Origin: Bacilli bacterium
GTDB taxonomy: Bacteria; Bacillota_I; Bacilli_A; RF39; UBA660
Assembly (NCBI GenBank): GCA_051872765.1
Contig: JBJEED010000008.1
Coordinates: 6,237 to 70,236 of the forward strand
DNA: 64,000 nucleotides
Reading direction: 5' to 3'
Below the pieces are notes generated by a model. That model had not been told where the DNA came from. It did no database searches and was given only the letters and a program-made list of their open reading frames with translations. Of the stretch, positions 17,177-25,797 are shown piece by piece. A program made the position numbers and the translations under genes. Numbering within the stretch: the stretch's first letter is position 1; the number at the start of each line of letters is the position of its first letter.

Positions 17177-18256
17177 ATGGATTATATAATTATATGTTTG
17201 TTAATAATAGTGATAGTTTTATTAATAATATTAGTTTTAAGAAAAAATGATAATTCAGATATAAATGAAAAATTATCTAGAACAGAAATTAATGTTATTA
17301 AGGAAATAGGGGATTTTAAGCATGATTTTTCTAGCAATTTAAATAAAGATTTTAATACATTAAATGATAGGATTGAGCATAAATTAAATTTAATAAATCA
17401 AAAAGTTAATGAAAAGTTAGAAGATGGTTTTGATAAAACAAATAAAACTTTTAATGAAGTTATGAATAGACTTACTAGAATAGATGAGGCTCAAAAGAAA
17501 ATAGATGGGCTTGGAAGTGAAATAATATCTTTAGAAAGTATATTAACTGATAAGAAGAGTAGAGGCATATTTGGAGAGGTTAATTTATATCATATTTTAT
17601 CATCAATATTTGGTGAAAAAAATGATAATATTTATAAAACTCAATATACCCTTTCTAATACTCTAGTTGCAGATGCAATATTATTTGGACCAGAACCACT
17701 TGGTACAATTTGTATAGACTCTAAATTTCCTCTTGAAAATTATAGAAGACTTGTTGAAAAAGGACTTACTAGTACAGAAAGGGAAGCTAGAAGTAAAGCA
17801 TTTGATAATGATGTTAAAAAACATATAGATGCAATAGCATCAAAATACATAATAGCTGGAGAAACAACTGATCAAGCAATAATGTTTTTACCAGCTGAAG
17901 CAATATTTGCTGAAATAAATGCTTATCATACAAATTTAATAAAGTATGCTGCGAGTAAAAAAGTATGGATAACATCTCCTACGACATTAATGAGTTTATT
18001 AACTATAATTCAATCAGTGTTAATGGGACTTGAAAGAGATAAATATACATCAGTAATTCATGAAGAATTAAATAAATTAGGTGTAGAATTTGGAAGATAT
18101 AGAGAAAGATGGGATAAATTATCAAGAACTATTCAAACAGTTAATAATGATGTTGAAAATATACATAAAACTACTGAAAAGATTACAAAGAGATTTGATA
18201 GCATTAATAATGTTAAGATAGAAAATGATGATATTCAATTAGTAGAAAAACAGTAA
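17177..18256 (+). CDS. rmuC: DNA recombination protein RmuC
   Basis: N-terminal TM and coiled coil. SRGIFGEVNLYHILSSIFG, ADAILFGPEPLGTICIDSKFPLENY, MFLPAEAIFAEI. SD aggagg. Confidence 0.9.
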   Translation: MDYIIICLLIIVIVLLIILVLRKNDNSDINEKLSRTEINVIKEIGDFKHDFSSNLNKDFNTLNDRIEHKLNLINQKVNEKLEDGFDKTNKTFNEVMNRLTRIDEAQKKIDGLGSEIISLESILTDKKSRGIFGEVNLYHILSSIFGEKNDNIYKTQYTLSNTLVADAILFGPEPLGTICIDSKFPLENYRRLVEKGLTSTEREARSKAFDNDVKKHIDAIASKYIIAGETTDQAIMFLPAEAIFAEINAYHTNLIKYAASKKVWITSPTTLMSLLTIIQSVLMGLERDKYTSVIHEELNKLGVEFGRYRERWDKLSRTIQTVNNDVENIHKTTEKITKRFDSINNVKIENDDIQLVEKQ

Positions 18257-18287
18257 AAAAGAATCACTTTAAAATGATTCTTTTTTT
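18257..18287 (+). terminator. rho-independent terminator after rmuC
   Basis: aaaagaatca (18257-18266) pairs with tgattctttt (18275-18284), followed by a T-run. Confidence 0.75.
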
Positions 18288-18375
18288 AGATTTTTATAAG
18301 TGTTTTTGTTGTAAAAATATGTCTAATATGATAAAATTAATTAAAGTAGGAGACTATGCAATTTAGAGGAGCAGT

Positions 18376-20388
18376 TTGACTATGAAGGAAAGAAGAATAT
18401 TAGAAATACTTATTAATATATTATTAGATTTGTTAATTGTTATATTTGGAATTATATTGTTATTCTCAATATATAATAGTGCTCAGACAAAAATATTTGG
18501 CAATGATTATTCAAGTCTATTTGGTTATTCAGTATTTGAAGTACAATCAGGTAGTATGAGAGATAAGATAGATATCGGAGATTGGATTATTGTTAAATAT
18601 AGTACAGATATTAAGTTAGATGATATTATTACTTATAAAAAAGATGATAATTTTATAACTCATAGAGTTGTTGAAGAGTATGTCGATACATATGTAACAA
18701 AGGGAGATGCTAATAACACTAAGGATGAGGCAATAAGCAAGAGTCAAGTCATTGGTAAAGTAGTTAAAATATTACCAAACTTTGGTATTCTTAAAAAAAC
18801 TTTATTTAATCCAATTGTTTTAATAGCATTAATTATCACATTGTATTTATTCAGTTATGTATTTAGAAGTATTAAAAATAGTAAGGATGAAGCAAATATA
18901 AATAAAAATACAAGAACTAAAATAGATGCCCTTATAACAAGATTGTTAAATAAACTTATGTCATTAAAGGACAATAATAAAACTGAATCTAAAAAGAAGA
19001 ATGTATTAGAAGTTGTAGAAGAGAGAACAATAGAATCTAATTCATCTTTTGAAGAGAATAATGATGAAGAAGATTTAGAAGATGATATAGATGAAGAAAT
19101 AGAAATAACACCAATGGATATGGAACAAACAAGATTCTTTAGAATGGTTAGTGTTAATAAAGGTGATGTGGATGGAGTTTATAATAAAAAGAATATAAAA
19201 AAATCAGAAATAATAATTGAAGATTCTAATATTAGTGAAGAAGAGATAGAAAGTAAAACAGAAGCTGAAGTAAAAAAATGCGTAACTGAATTACAAAGCA
19301 AAAAGAAAAAGTTTAAAAATATAATAGATAAGATAATGTATATTAAAGAAGATGAAATTAATTCAATAATTAATGTACTAAATAGAAAAGAAAAGTTCAA
19401 AACAAATGAAAGTACAATAAATGATAGTTTTTTAAAAACATATATATATGCTAGATATTATGGATTATGTGATGATGGAAATTTAGAATATAATTCTAAA
19501 AATATGAATTCTAAGATAAATGAAGTAATAAAAAATAAAGCCACTCAAATGATATCTCAGTATAAAGGTAGTGATAATTTATATGAAGAAAAAGTTGATA
19601 AATATATTAAGTTTTATATGCTTATAAATATTTTAGAAAGTTATAATATTCAGTTTAAAGATATAACTTCTAAAAGAGAAAGTTATAAAAATAAAATATT
19701 ACCAGTACTTAAAAATGAATTGACAAGTGGTCTTGAACTTATGGATATAATTAATAAAATAATTATTATTCAAAAAGTACATTCTAAAATATTAAATTCT
19801 TCATTAGAGAAGTTAAATTCTAATACATTTTCATTGCAAGTAGAGAGTATTGATAAAAATATGTATGCAGTAAATTTAAAGCATAATATTAATTTTAGTA
19901 AGGTTTATAGTGATTATATAGTTGATAAAACTTATTCAGAAGGTGTAATCGCAGAAGATAAAACTATGATAATGATTACTATGTTAATTTCTATAATAGT
20001 TAATGATATGTTAAATAGTAGTTTTAAAAATAAATATTTTATACATGTACCATCTAGTGTATATGAAAAAAGAAATAAACTTGATAGAATATTTGATATG
20101 TTTGATGATGATAGAGGACGTGAGAGTATAATTATTGTTAATGACTATTATGAGGTAATTAAAAATAAAAAAGTTATTAAGGAACTTAAAAAATCAGGCT
20201 ATCATTTTGCAATAGCATTTAGCAAAGAATCTGTCATTAATAGTAAAGATGCTAGCAATATAGTACTTGGAGAATATATAATTGCTAAAAATGAAGTAGT
20301 TGAAAAAATTAAACTTATGGAATTTATTCCAGAAGAATTAAAAGATAAAATAGTTAATGATGATGCTTATTTAAAAATAATAGATTAG
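18376..20388 (+). CDS. SipW-type (S26B, Ser-His) signal peptidase I fused to a ~500-aa cytoplasmic extension of unknown function
   Basis: The N-terminal 165 aa comprise a TM, VQSGSMRD (Ser box), ITHRVV (His box), TKGDANNTKDE and a second TM IVLIALIITLYLFSYVF. An acidic linker and a ~400-aa domain follow. The extreme C-terminus (YFIHVPSS...IIIVNDYYEVIKNKKVIKELKKSGYHFAIAFSKE...GEYIIAKNE) faintly resembles a degenerate EAL-type fold. The start is TTG 18376 or ATG 18382. Confidence 0.7.
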   Translation: MTMKERRILEILINILLDLLIVIFGIILLFSIYNSAQTKIFGNDYSSLFGYSVFEVQSGSMRDKIDIGDWIIVKYSTDIKLDDIITYKKDDNFITHRVVEEYVDTYVTKGDANNTKDEAISKSQVIGKVVKILPNFGILKKTLFNPIVLIALIITLYLFSYVFRSIKNSKDEANINKNTRTKIDALITRLLNKLMSLKDNNKTESKKKNVLEVVEERTIESNSSFEENNDEEDLEDDIDEEIEITPMDMEQTRFFRMVSVNKGDVDGVYNKKNIKKSEIIIEDSNISEEEIESKTEAEVKKCVTELQSKKKKFKNIIDKIMYIKEDEINSIINVLNRKEKFKTNESTINDSFLKTYIYARYYGLCDDGNLEYNSKNMNSKINEVIKNKATQMISQYKGSDNLYEEKVDKYIKFYMLINILESYNIQFKDITSKRESYKNKILPVLKNELTSGLELMDIINKIIIIQKVHSKILNSSLEKLNSNTFSLQVESIDKNMYAVNLKHNINFSKVYSDYIVDKTYSEGVIAEDKTMIMITMLISIIVNDMLNSSFKNKYFIHVPSSVYEKRNKLDRIFDMFDDDRGRESIIIVNDYYEVIKNKKVIKELKKSGYHFAIAFSKESVINSKDASNIVLGEYIIAKNEVVEKIKLMEFIPEELKDKIVNDDAYLKIID

Positions 20389-20401
20389 TGGGAGGTAAAA
20401 T

Positions 20402-21949
20402 ATGAATACATTTTTAAGATTCTTTTATGAATTTATTTCTGTATTCTTTGATGGCTTATTTAGTGGTTTTAAAGGCTTATGGAATGGAATTAAAGAAATG
20501 TTTAAAATTAGTAAGTATGCAAAAATATTAGGAGAATATAAAGAAAGTTTTAATGGTAATGAAAAAGTATTCGTTATTTTATGTATAATCTTCTTAGTAT
20601 TAATAATACTTATGATAGCTATGATTTTATATCTAGTAATCAAGAAGTTAATTAGAAGAGCTACTAATAGAATGAGTAGAGAAGAATTACTTGAAGAAAT
20701 AGCAGGACTTAATGATAAAGTTCGTAAATTAATGAAAGAAAAAGAAGAATTAATGGCTATGAAAGTTTCCCAATTAGGATTAAATCCAGATGATAAAGAA
20801 AGTAATCAAAAAGATAAAAATAAAGATGGAGAAAATGAATCTGAGTCAGAAGAATTTGATAAAGAAACAGCTATTAGATTCCCAACTCTTACATTAATAG
20901 ATGAAGAATATAAGAATTATAAGATTAAAAATTATGAAAATAACTTTACTTTAAAAGAGTTAGTTGATAATTTTAGATGTTTTGCAGCAAGTCAATTAAA
21001 ATTATATTATTCAGAAACATTATTAAGACCTTTTATAGCAGGGCTTGCTTGTGGTAAATTAATTATTTTGCAAGGTATATCTGGTACAGGTAAAACTTCA
21101 CTTGCTTATGCTTGGGGAAAATTTGTATGTAATGATTCTTGTGTTTCTTCTGTAGAACCTTCGTGGAGAGATAAAACTGATTTCTTAGGATATTTTAATG
21201 AACTTACTAAAAAATTTAATGAGACAAGAGCACTTGGTGAGATATATAAAGCAGGATATGATGATAATGTTCATACTATTATATTAGATGAAATGAATTT
21301 AGCTCGTGTTGAATATTATTTTGCTGATTTATTATCAATACTAGAAATGCCAAGGAGAGAAGAATGGTTAGTAGATATTGTTTCTAGTCCATGGCCAAAA
21401 GATCCTAAAAAAATAGAAAAAGGTAAACTTAGATTACCTGGTAATTTATGGTATATTGGTACGATTAATAATGATGATTCAACTTTCCTTGTTACAGATA
21501 AAGTTTATGATAGAGCAATGCCAATAGATATTAATGATAAAGTACCAGCTTTTAAATGTAGAGAACAAGAGGCAGTTCCTATGAATTCTAGTTATTTAGA
21601 ATCATTGTTCCAAGAGGCAATTGATAAATATCCTCTATCTGATAAAACTTTAAACGAAGTTACTAAAATAGATGATTATGTAATTGAGCATTTTAGAATT
21701 GCTTTTGGTAATCGTATTATGAAACAATTAGGTGTATTTACAGCAGTATATGTAGCATGCGGCGGTAAAGAAATGGAAGCAATTGATTACTTTATTGCTA
21801 AGAAAATATTAAGAAAATTTGATCAATTAAGTATTTCTTATATTAGGGATGAAATAGATCCATTCATTTCATTCTTAAATAAAAATTATGGTAAAGGTAC
21901 TATGAAAGAATGCATAGCATTTTTAGAAAGAATTAAGAAAAGTATATAG
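20402..21949 (+). CDS. membrane-anchored McrB-family (COG1401/AAA_5-like) AAA+ NTPase
   Basis: TM VFVILCIIFLVLIILMIAMILYLVI, then coiled coil SREELLEEIAGLNDKVRKLMKEKEELMAMK. McrB-type core: LQGISGTGKTSLA (Walker A, about nt 21074-21100), IILDEMNLARVEYYFADLLSILE, LPGNLWYIGTINNDDSTFLVTDKVYDRA. Confidence 0.75.
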   Translation: MNTFLRFFYEFISVFFDGLFSGFKGLWNGIKEMFKISKYAKILGEYKESFNGNEKVFVILCIIFLVLIILMIAMILYLVIKKLIRRATNRMSREELLEEIAGLNDKVRKLMKEKEELMAMKVSQLGLNPDDKESNQKDKNKDGENESESEEFDKETAIRFPTLTLIDEEYKNYKIKNYENNFTLKELVDNFRCFAASQLKLYYSETLLRPFIAGLACGKLIILQGISGTGKTSLAYAWGKFVCNDSCVSSVEPSWRDKTDFLGYFNELTKKFNETRALGEIYKAGYDDNVHTIILDEMNLARVEYYFADLLSILEMPRREEWLVDIVSSPWPKDPKKIEKGKLRLPGNLWYIGTINNDDSTFLVTDKVYDRAMPIDINDKVPAFKCREQEAVPMNSSYLESLFQEAIDKYPLSDKTLNEVTKIDDYVIEHFRIAFGNRIMKQLGVFTAVYVACGGKEMEAIDYFIAKKILRKFDQLSISYIRDEIDPFISFLNKNYGKGTMKECIAFLERIKKSI

Positions 21950-21965
21950 AAAGGATTAGATTTAT

Positions 21966-23117
21966 ATGGCAAATAAAAATAAATACTCAATTAATAAAAT
22001 AGATGAAAATCTTAAAATTAATGTAAATCATTTTTTAAGTAATATAGAATCAGATATGTTATATAAGTCTAATTATTATGGTGATTTGTTAGATTTTGAT
22101 TGGTTAGATGAAATAGAAAAAGCATGTCCTCATATAGATACTATTGTTAGAAATCCTAAATTAACATTAATTAAGGAAGAAGAAGTAGTTAAGATGGAAA
22201 AGGCTAAAGTAATAACAGTAGAAACTATTAAAGATTTAGCAAAACATACAAACTATATTGATAAATTTGATACTTCAAAGGATAAAGTTGAGCCTAAAAA
22301 AGTTCTAATGGTTCATAGTGAAGAAACATTTAATATATATGAAAATAGATTTTTATATACTTTAATAGATTGTATTGATAGATTTGTTGCAAAAAAAGAA
22401 AATGATTTTAAATCAGTTAATGATTTAAATGATACTAAATTTATTGAATATAGTGGTAATAGTAAAACTGAGACTGAAAAAATTCATATAGATCTTAAGA
22501 TTACATCAGATATAATAAATGTTGATAATATTAATGATAATGTTAAAAAAGAAATTAAAGATGCTTTAAAAAGAATTAAGAGAATAAAAGAATATTTAGG
22601 TAGTTGGCGTAAAAGTGCGATGTATCAAGAATTAGAAAAACAGCATGTATCTCTTATTCAACCACCAATAAAGAAAACAAATATTATATTAAAAAATCCT
22701 AATTTTGGAATTGCAACAAAATTATGGGATTATTTAAGAAAATATGATTTAGAAGATTATAGTGAAGAAAGGTTAAGAAATGATATTGAAAGAGAAAAGA
22801 ATGATTTAAAATCTTTAATAGATCATAGTTTCTTTATTAATTTTTGTGTACTATCTTCTATCAGTAAATATAAAAAAGAGCAAAGACAAAAAATATGTGA
22901 TCATGCAGTAGTATTATTAACAGAGGAAATAAGAAATGTTATTTCAATACTTCAAAATAATGGTTATGAGATAACAGATGAAGAAATATTGCAAATGATG
23001 GCTAAAGAAATAAAGAAAAAACCTGTTAGTAGTAGATTAGCAGGTATGGAAGATGTTAAAAACAAATTTAAAACAGCAATGGATGAATATTTAGAAAGGA
23101 CACAAGATTACTTGTGA
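21966..23117 (+). CDS. McrC-N-terminal/DUF2357-like partner protein, with no clear nuclease motif
   Basis: It directly follows the McrB-like gene. WLDEIEKACPHIDTIVRNPKLTLIKEEEVVKMEKAKVITVETIKDLAKH...TFNIYENRFLYTLIDCIDRFV resembles the region of McrC-like proteins that contains an ENRF-type motif. Only a weak D...IDLK candidate (aa 153-178) is present for a PD-(D/E)xK site. Confidence 0.45.
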   Translation: MANKNKYSINKIDENLKINVNHFLSNIESDMLYKSNYYGDLLDFDWLDEIEKACPHIDTIVRNPKLTLIKEEEVVKMEKAKVITVETIKDLAKHTNYIDKFDTSKDKVEPKKVLMVHSEETFNIYENRFLYTLIDCIDRFVAKKENDFKSVNDLNDTKFIEYSGNSKTETEKIHIDLKITSDIINVDNINDNVKKEIKDALKRIKRIKEYLGSWRKSAMYQELEKQHVSLIQPPIKKTNIILKNPNFGIATKLWDYLRKYDLEDYSEERLRNDIEREKNDLKSLIDHSFFINFCVLSSISKYKKEQRQKICDHAVVLLTEEIRNVISILQNNGYEITDEEILQMMAKEIKKKPVSSRLAGMEDVKNKFKTAMDEYLERTQDYL

Positions 23118-23127
23118 TAAGGATTAA

Positions 23128-23700
23128 ATGAAGAAAGCGATAAAAATAATAAAGAATATTTTTAATGTATTAATTGTTACATTTGTAGTACTTTTTGTAT
23201 TAGTAGTATGTTTACAAAGATTCAGTGATAACAAACTCTCAATATTTAGTTATCGTATGTTTACGGTAGTATCAGGAAGTATGGAACCTAAATATAAAGT
23301 AGGAGATGTGTTAATAGCTAAAGAAGTTGAACCATCAGAAATTAAGATTGGAGATCCAATTAGTTATTTAGGAAAGGTAGGTCAATTTAAAGATAAAGTT
23401 ATAACACATGAAGTGGTTGAAATAGAGGAGTATGAACCTAAGAAATATAGATTTCATACTAAAGGACTTTCAAATATAGTTGAAGATCCAATTGTTGATG
23501 AAACTCAATTATATGGAAAAGTAATTTATAAAACTGTAATATTATCATTTATATATAGTATTGTTTCTAAACCAATAGGTATGTTCATATTAGTATTAGT
23601 TCCAATAATGTATATAATTATTTCTGAAATAATTATAACTTTAGTCGAAAAAGAAGAAAAAAGAAGAGGGCTAAAAAAGGAAACTAAAGAAGATAAATAA
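23128..23700 (+). CDS. sipW: signal peptidase I, SipW type
   Basis: 190 aa with an N-terminal TM, VVSGSMEPKYKVGDVLIAKE, ITHEVV, a HTKGLSN region, a C-terminal TM and a basic tail. Confidence 0.85.
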   Translation: MKKAIKIIKNIFNVLIVTFVVLFVLVVCLQRFSDNKLSIFSYRMFTVVSGSMEPKYKVGDVLIAKEVEPSEIKIGDPISYLGKVGQFKDKVITHEVVEIEEYEPKKYRFHTKGLSNIVEDPIVDETQLYGKVIYKTVILSFIYSIVSKPIGMFILVLVPIMYIIISEIIITLVEKEEKRRGLKKETKEDK

Positions 23701-23725
23701 AAAATAAGCAAAAGGAGGCATTGAA

Positions 23726-24892
23726 GTGAAAGAAAGATATAAAACATATTTAAAATTGAATCTTGTTTCTATATTTTTTATAGCAGTTTCTTTTATTTCG
23801 ATTTCTCTTGCATGGTTTGCTTATAGTGGACTTGTTCGTACTCAAACTGAAATAGATGTTAAAGCTTGGCATATAGAGTTTAATAAAAATGGAGAAGCCG
23901 TATCTAATAATGTAGTTATATCTCTTAGTGATATACAGCCTGGAATGAATAGTACATATGAAAAAATAAATATTAAGAACTATGGTGATTCTGATGCTAA
24001 AATATCATATAAAATAGAAGAGGTTAGAATATTAAATGAAGATTTAAGCATCCCAATTGAATTTGGTTTAATAGAAGATAAATTAGCTAATGATTATCCA
24101 TTTAGCATTAATGTTTCCTTAAATAAAAAATATTTAGATGCTAAGACTGGCGAAGCAGTATTAAATATTGGTGTTGCTTGGCCACTTGATTCAAATACTG
24201 ATGAAGAAGATAGCTATTGGGGAAATTTAGCTTATGAGTATCAACAAACTAATCCAGATGCTCCTTCTATTAAAATTGTGATAGTTATTAAAGCAGAACA
24301 AAATACTGATAATTATAAATATAATTCAGGAGATGTATTTTTATATGATGCTGTTAATAATGTTAAATGTGATAAATTAGGAAATACATGTATTAAAACT
24401 CATATATTAAATACTAATGTAAGTGAGGGTGATGAATTACTTTTACTTCCTGATTTATATGATACTTATCATAGTGGTACATTTAATGAGTATGATACTT
24501 TACTTACAAATACATGGGCTGTAGATAATAGAGATTTAAAATTAAGTGATATATTAAATTTAGTATCTCAAGATATTGACAATACTTATCTTATAAGAAA
24601 TAATTTATCTGATAGAATAATAGGATACATTGAATATAATAATAGATTTGATAGTTATTTAAATAATATTATTAAACCTTATAATTCTTATATTAAATAT
24701 GATACAACAAAATATAGTTTTTTATCATCTAGTAATTGTTATTGGATTAACACTGAATATAATGAAACTCAGGCTTTTGCACTTGTTAAAGATCAAAATA
24801 AAGGAAACATAATTACTCCATATGATAAAACAAATACTTGTAGTGTTATTCCTGTAATAACTTTAAATAAAAGTGTATTAATAAATGAATAG
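23726..24892 (+). CDS. exported protein with a SipW-cognate-type signal peptide, a TasA/camelysin-like N-domain and an extra C-terminal domain
   Basis: GTG start after SD aggagg. The signal end ISLAWFAYSG compares with TasA/CalY ...WAAFND / FAYFSD. ISLSDIQPGMNSTYEKINIKNYGDSDAKISYKI matches the TasA-family beta-sandwich pattern. The C-terminus is ...CYWINTEYNETQAFALV...NTCSVIPVITLNKS. Confidence 0.6.
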   Translation: MKERYKTYLKLNLVSIFFIAVSFISISLAWFAYSGLVRTQTEIDVKAWHIEFNKNGEAVSNNVVISLSDIQPGMNSTYEKINIKNYGDSDAKISYKIEEVRILNEDLSIPIEFGLIEDKLANDYPFSINVSLNKKYLDAKTGEAVLNIGVAWPLDSNTDEEDSYWGNLAYEYQQTNPDAPSIKIVIVIKAEQNTDNYKYNSGDVFLYDAVNNVKCDKLGNTCIKTHILNTNVSEGDELLLLPDLYDTYHSGTFNEYDTLLTNTWAVDNRDLKLSDILNLVSQDIDNTYLIRNNLSDRIIGYIEYNNRFDSYLNNIIKPYNSYIKYDTTKYSFLSSSNCYWINTEYNETQAFALVKDQNKGNIITPYDKTNTCSVIPVITLNKSVLINE

Positions 24893-24898
24893 TTAAAG

Positions 24899-24928
24899 AA
24901 CAATACTTCATATAAGGTATTGTTTTTT
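24899..24928 (+). terminator. rho-independent terminator ending the 18.4-24.9 kb operon
   Basis: aacaatac (24899-24906) pairs with gtattgtt (24917-24924), followed by tttt. Confidence 0.75.
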
Positions 24929-24984
24929 AGTAATAAAATTTATTAAATCAAATGCAATACTTAATTTGATAAATTATCGTAAGA

Positions 24985-25010
24985 AAAAAAGAATAACTTA
25001 ATATTCTTTT
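24985..25010 (-). terminator. terminator of the convergent 203-aa gene
   Basis: aaagaata (24988-24995) pairs with tattcttt (25002-25009). The hairpin is flanked by A-runs and T-runs and sits immediately after the minus-strand stop codon. Confidence 0.6.
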
Positions 25011-25622
25011 TTAAATCTTTTGTGTAAATTGTATATTAGCTTTAATTTGTAAATTATCTTGAGTATTTGATACTTGAGTATCTGAAATATCATCCATTAA
25101 TTCATTTTCTCCTTCATACCATTCAAAATATATTCTAATTGTAAATGGTTCAAATGAATAATTTTCTTCTTGATTATCATAAATTAAAGTTCCTTTTATT
25201 TGATTATTTTCAATATTATTTAATGTAAGTGTATCATTTTCATTATATGAGCTATCTATTAGTGAGTAATTACTTATTAATAAGTCTGGCATATCTTGAT
25301 TTAATAATTCAAGTGTTATAGTGTAATCAAATGATAATTCTACATTTGTAGGATCTACTAAAATATCAAAATATCCTTTAGAAGTAGGAGCGAATGTATT
25401 TGCCTTTATATTTTCATTTTCTTCTAAAACTGGAGCAAGTACTATTTCTGAAGAATTATTATCTGTTATATCATTTTCATTAATTAATATTTGCCATTTA
25501 GAAAATTGCATTTCTAAATTACTTGCGGCATCAACAATATATCTAGAGTAAGTATTACTAATTAATGATATTGTAAATGTCGATACTATAAGTACTAATA
25601 ATACTTTTAATTTATTCTTCAT
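25011..25622 (-). CDS. small exported protein with an N-terminal signal/anchor, probably a SipW-substrate-class (TasA-like fold) protein
   Basis: MKNKLKVLLVLIVSTFTISLISNTYSRYIV..., then FAPTSKGYFDILVDPTNVELSFDYTITLE, a pattern common in SipW-dependent exported proteins. SD ggaggagg. Confidence 0.5.
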   Translation of the reverse strand: MKNKLKVLLVLIVSTFTISLISNTYSRYIVDAASNLEMQFSKWQILINENDITDNNSSEIVLAPVLEENENIKANTFAPTSKGYFDILVDPTNVELSFDYTITLELLNQDMPDLLISNYSLIDSSYNENDTLTLNNIENNQIKGTLIYDNQEENYSFEPFTIRIYFEWYEGENELMDDISDTQVSNTQDNLQIKANIQFTQKI

Positions 25623-25797
25623 GTTACCTCCTCCTTATCTTTACTTTATTATATATTATACATTTAATATACACAATTATTTACATAAAAAAAGTGAAAT
25701 AAAATGTAAAGTTTTACATATAATTTTACAATTATTACATAAATTAATGCTTGATTATTTAATATTAATATAATATTATAAGTCATAGGTGATTTTT

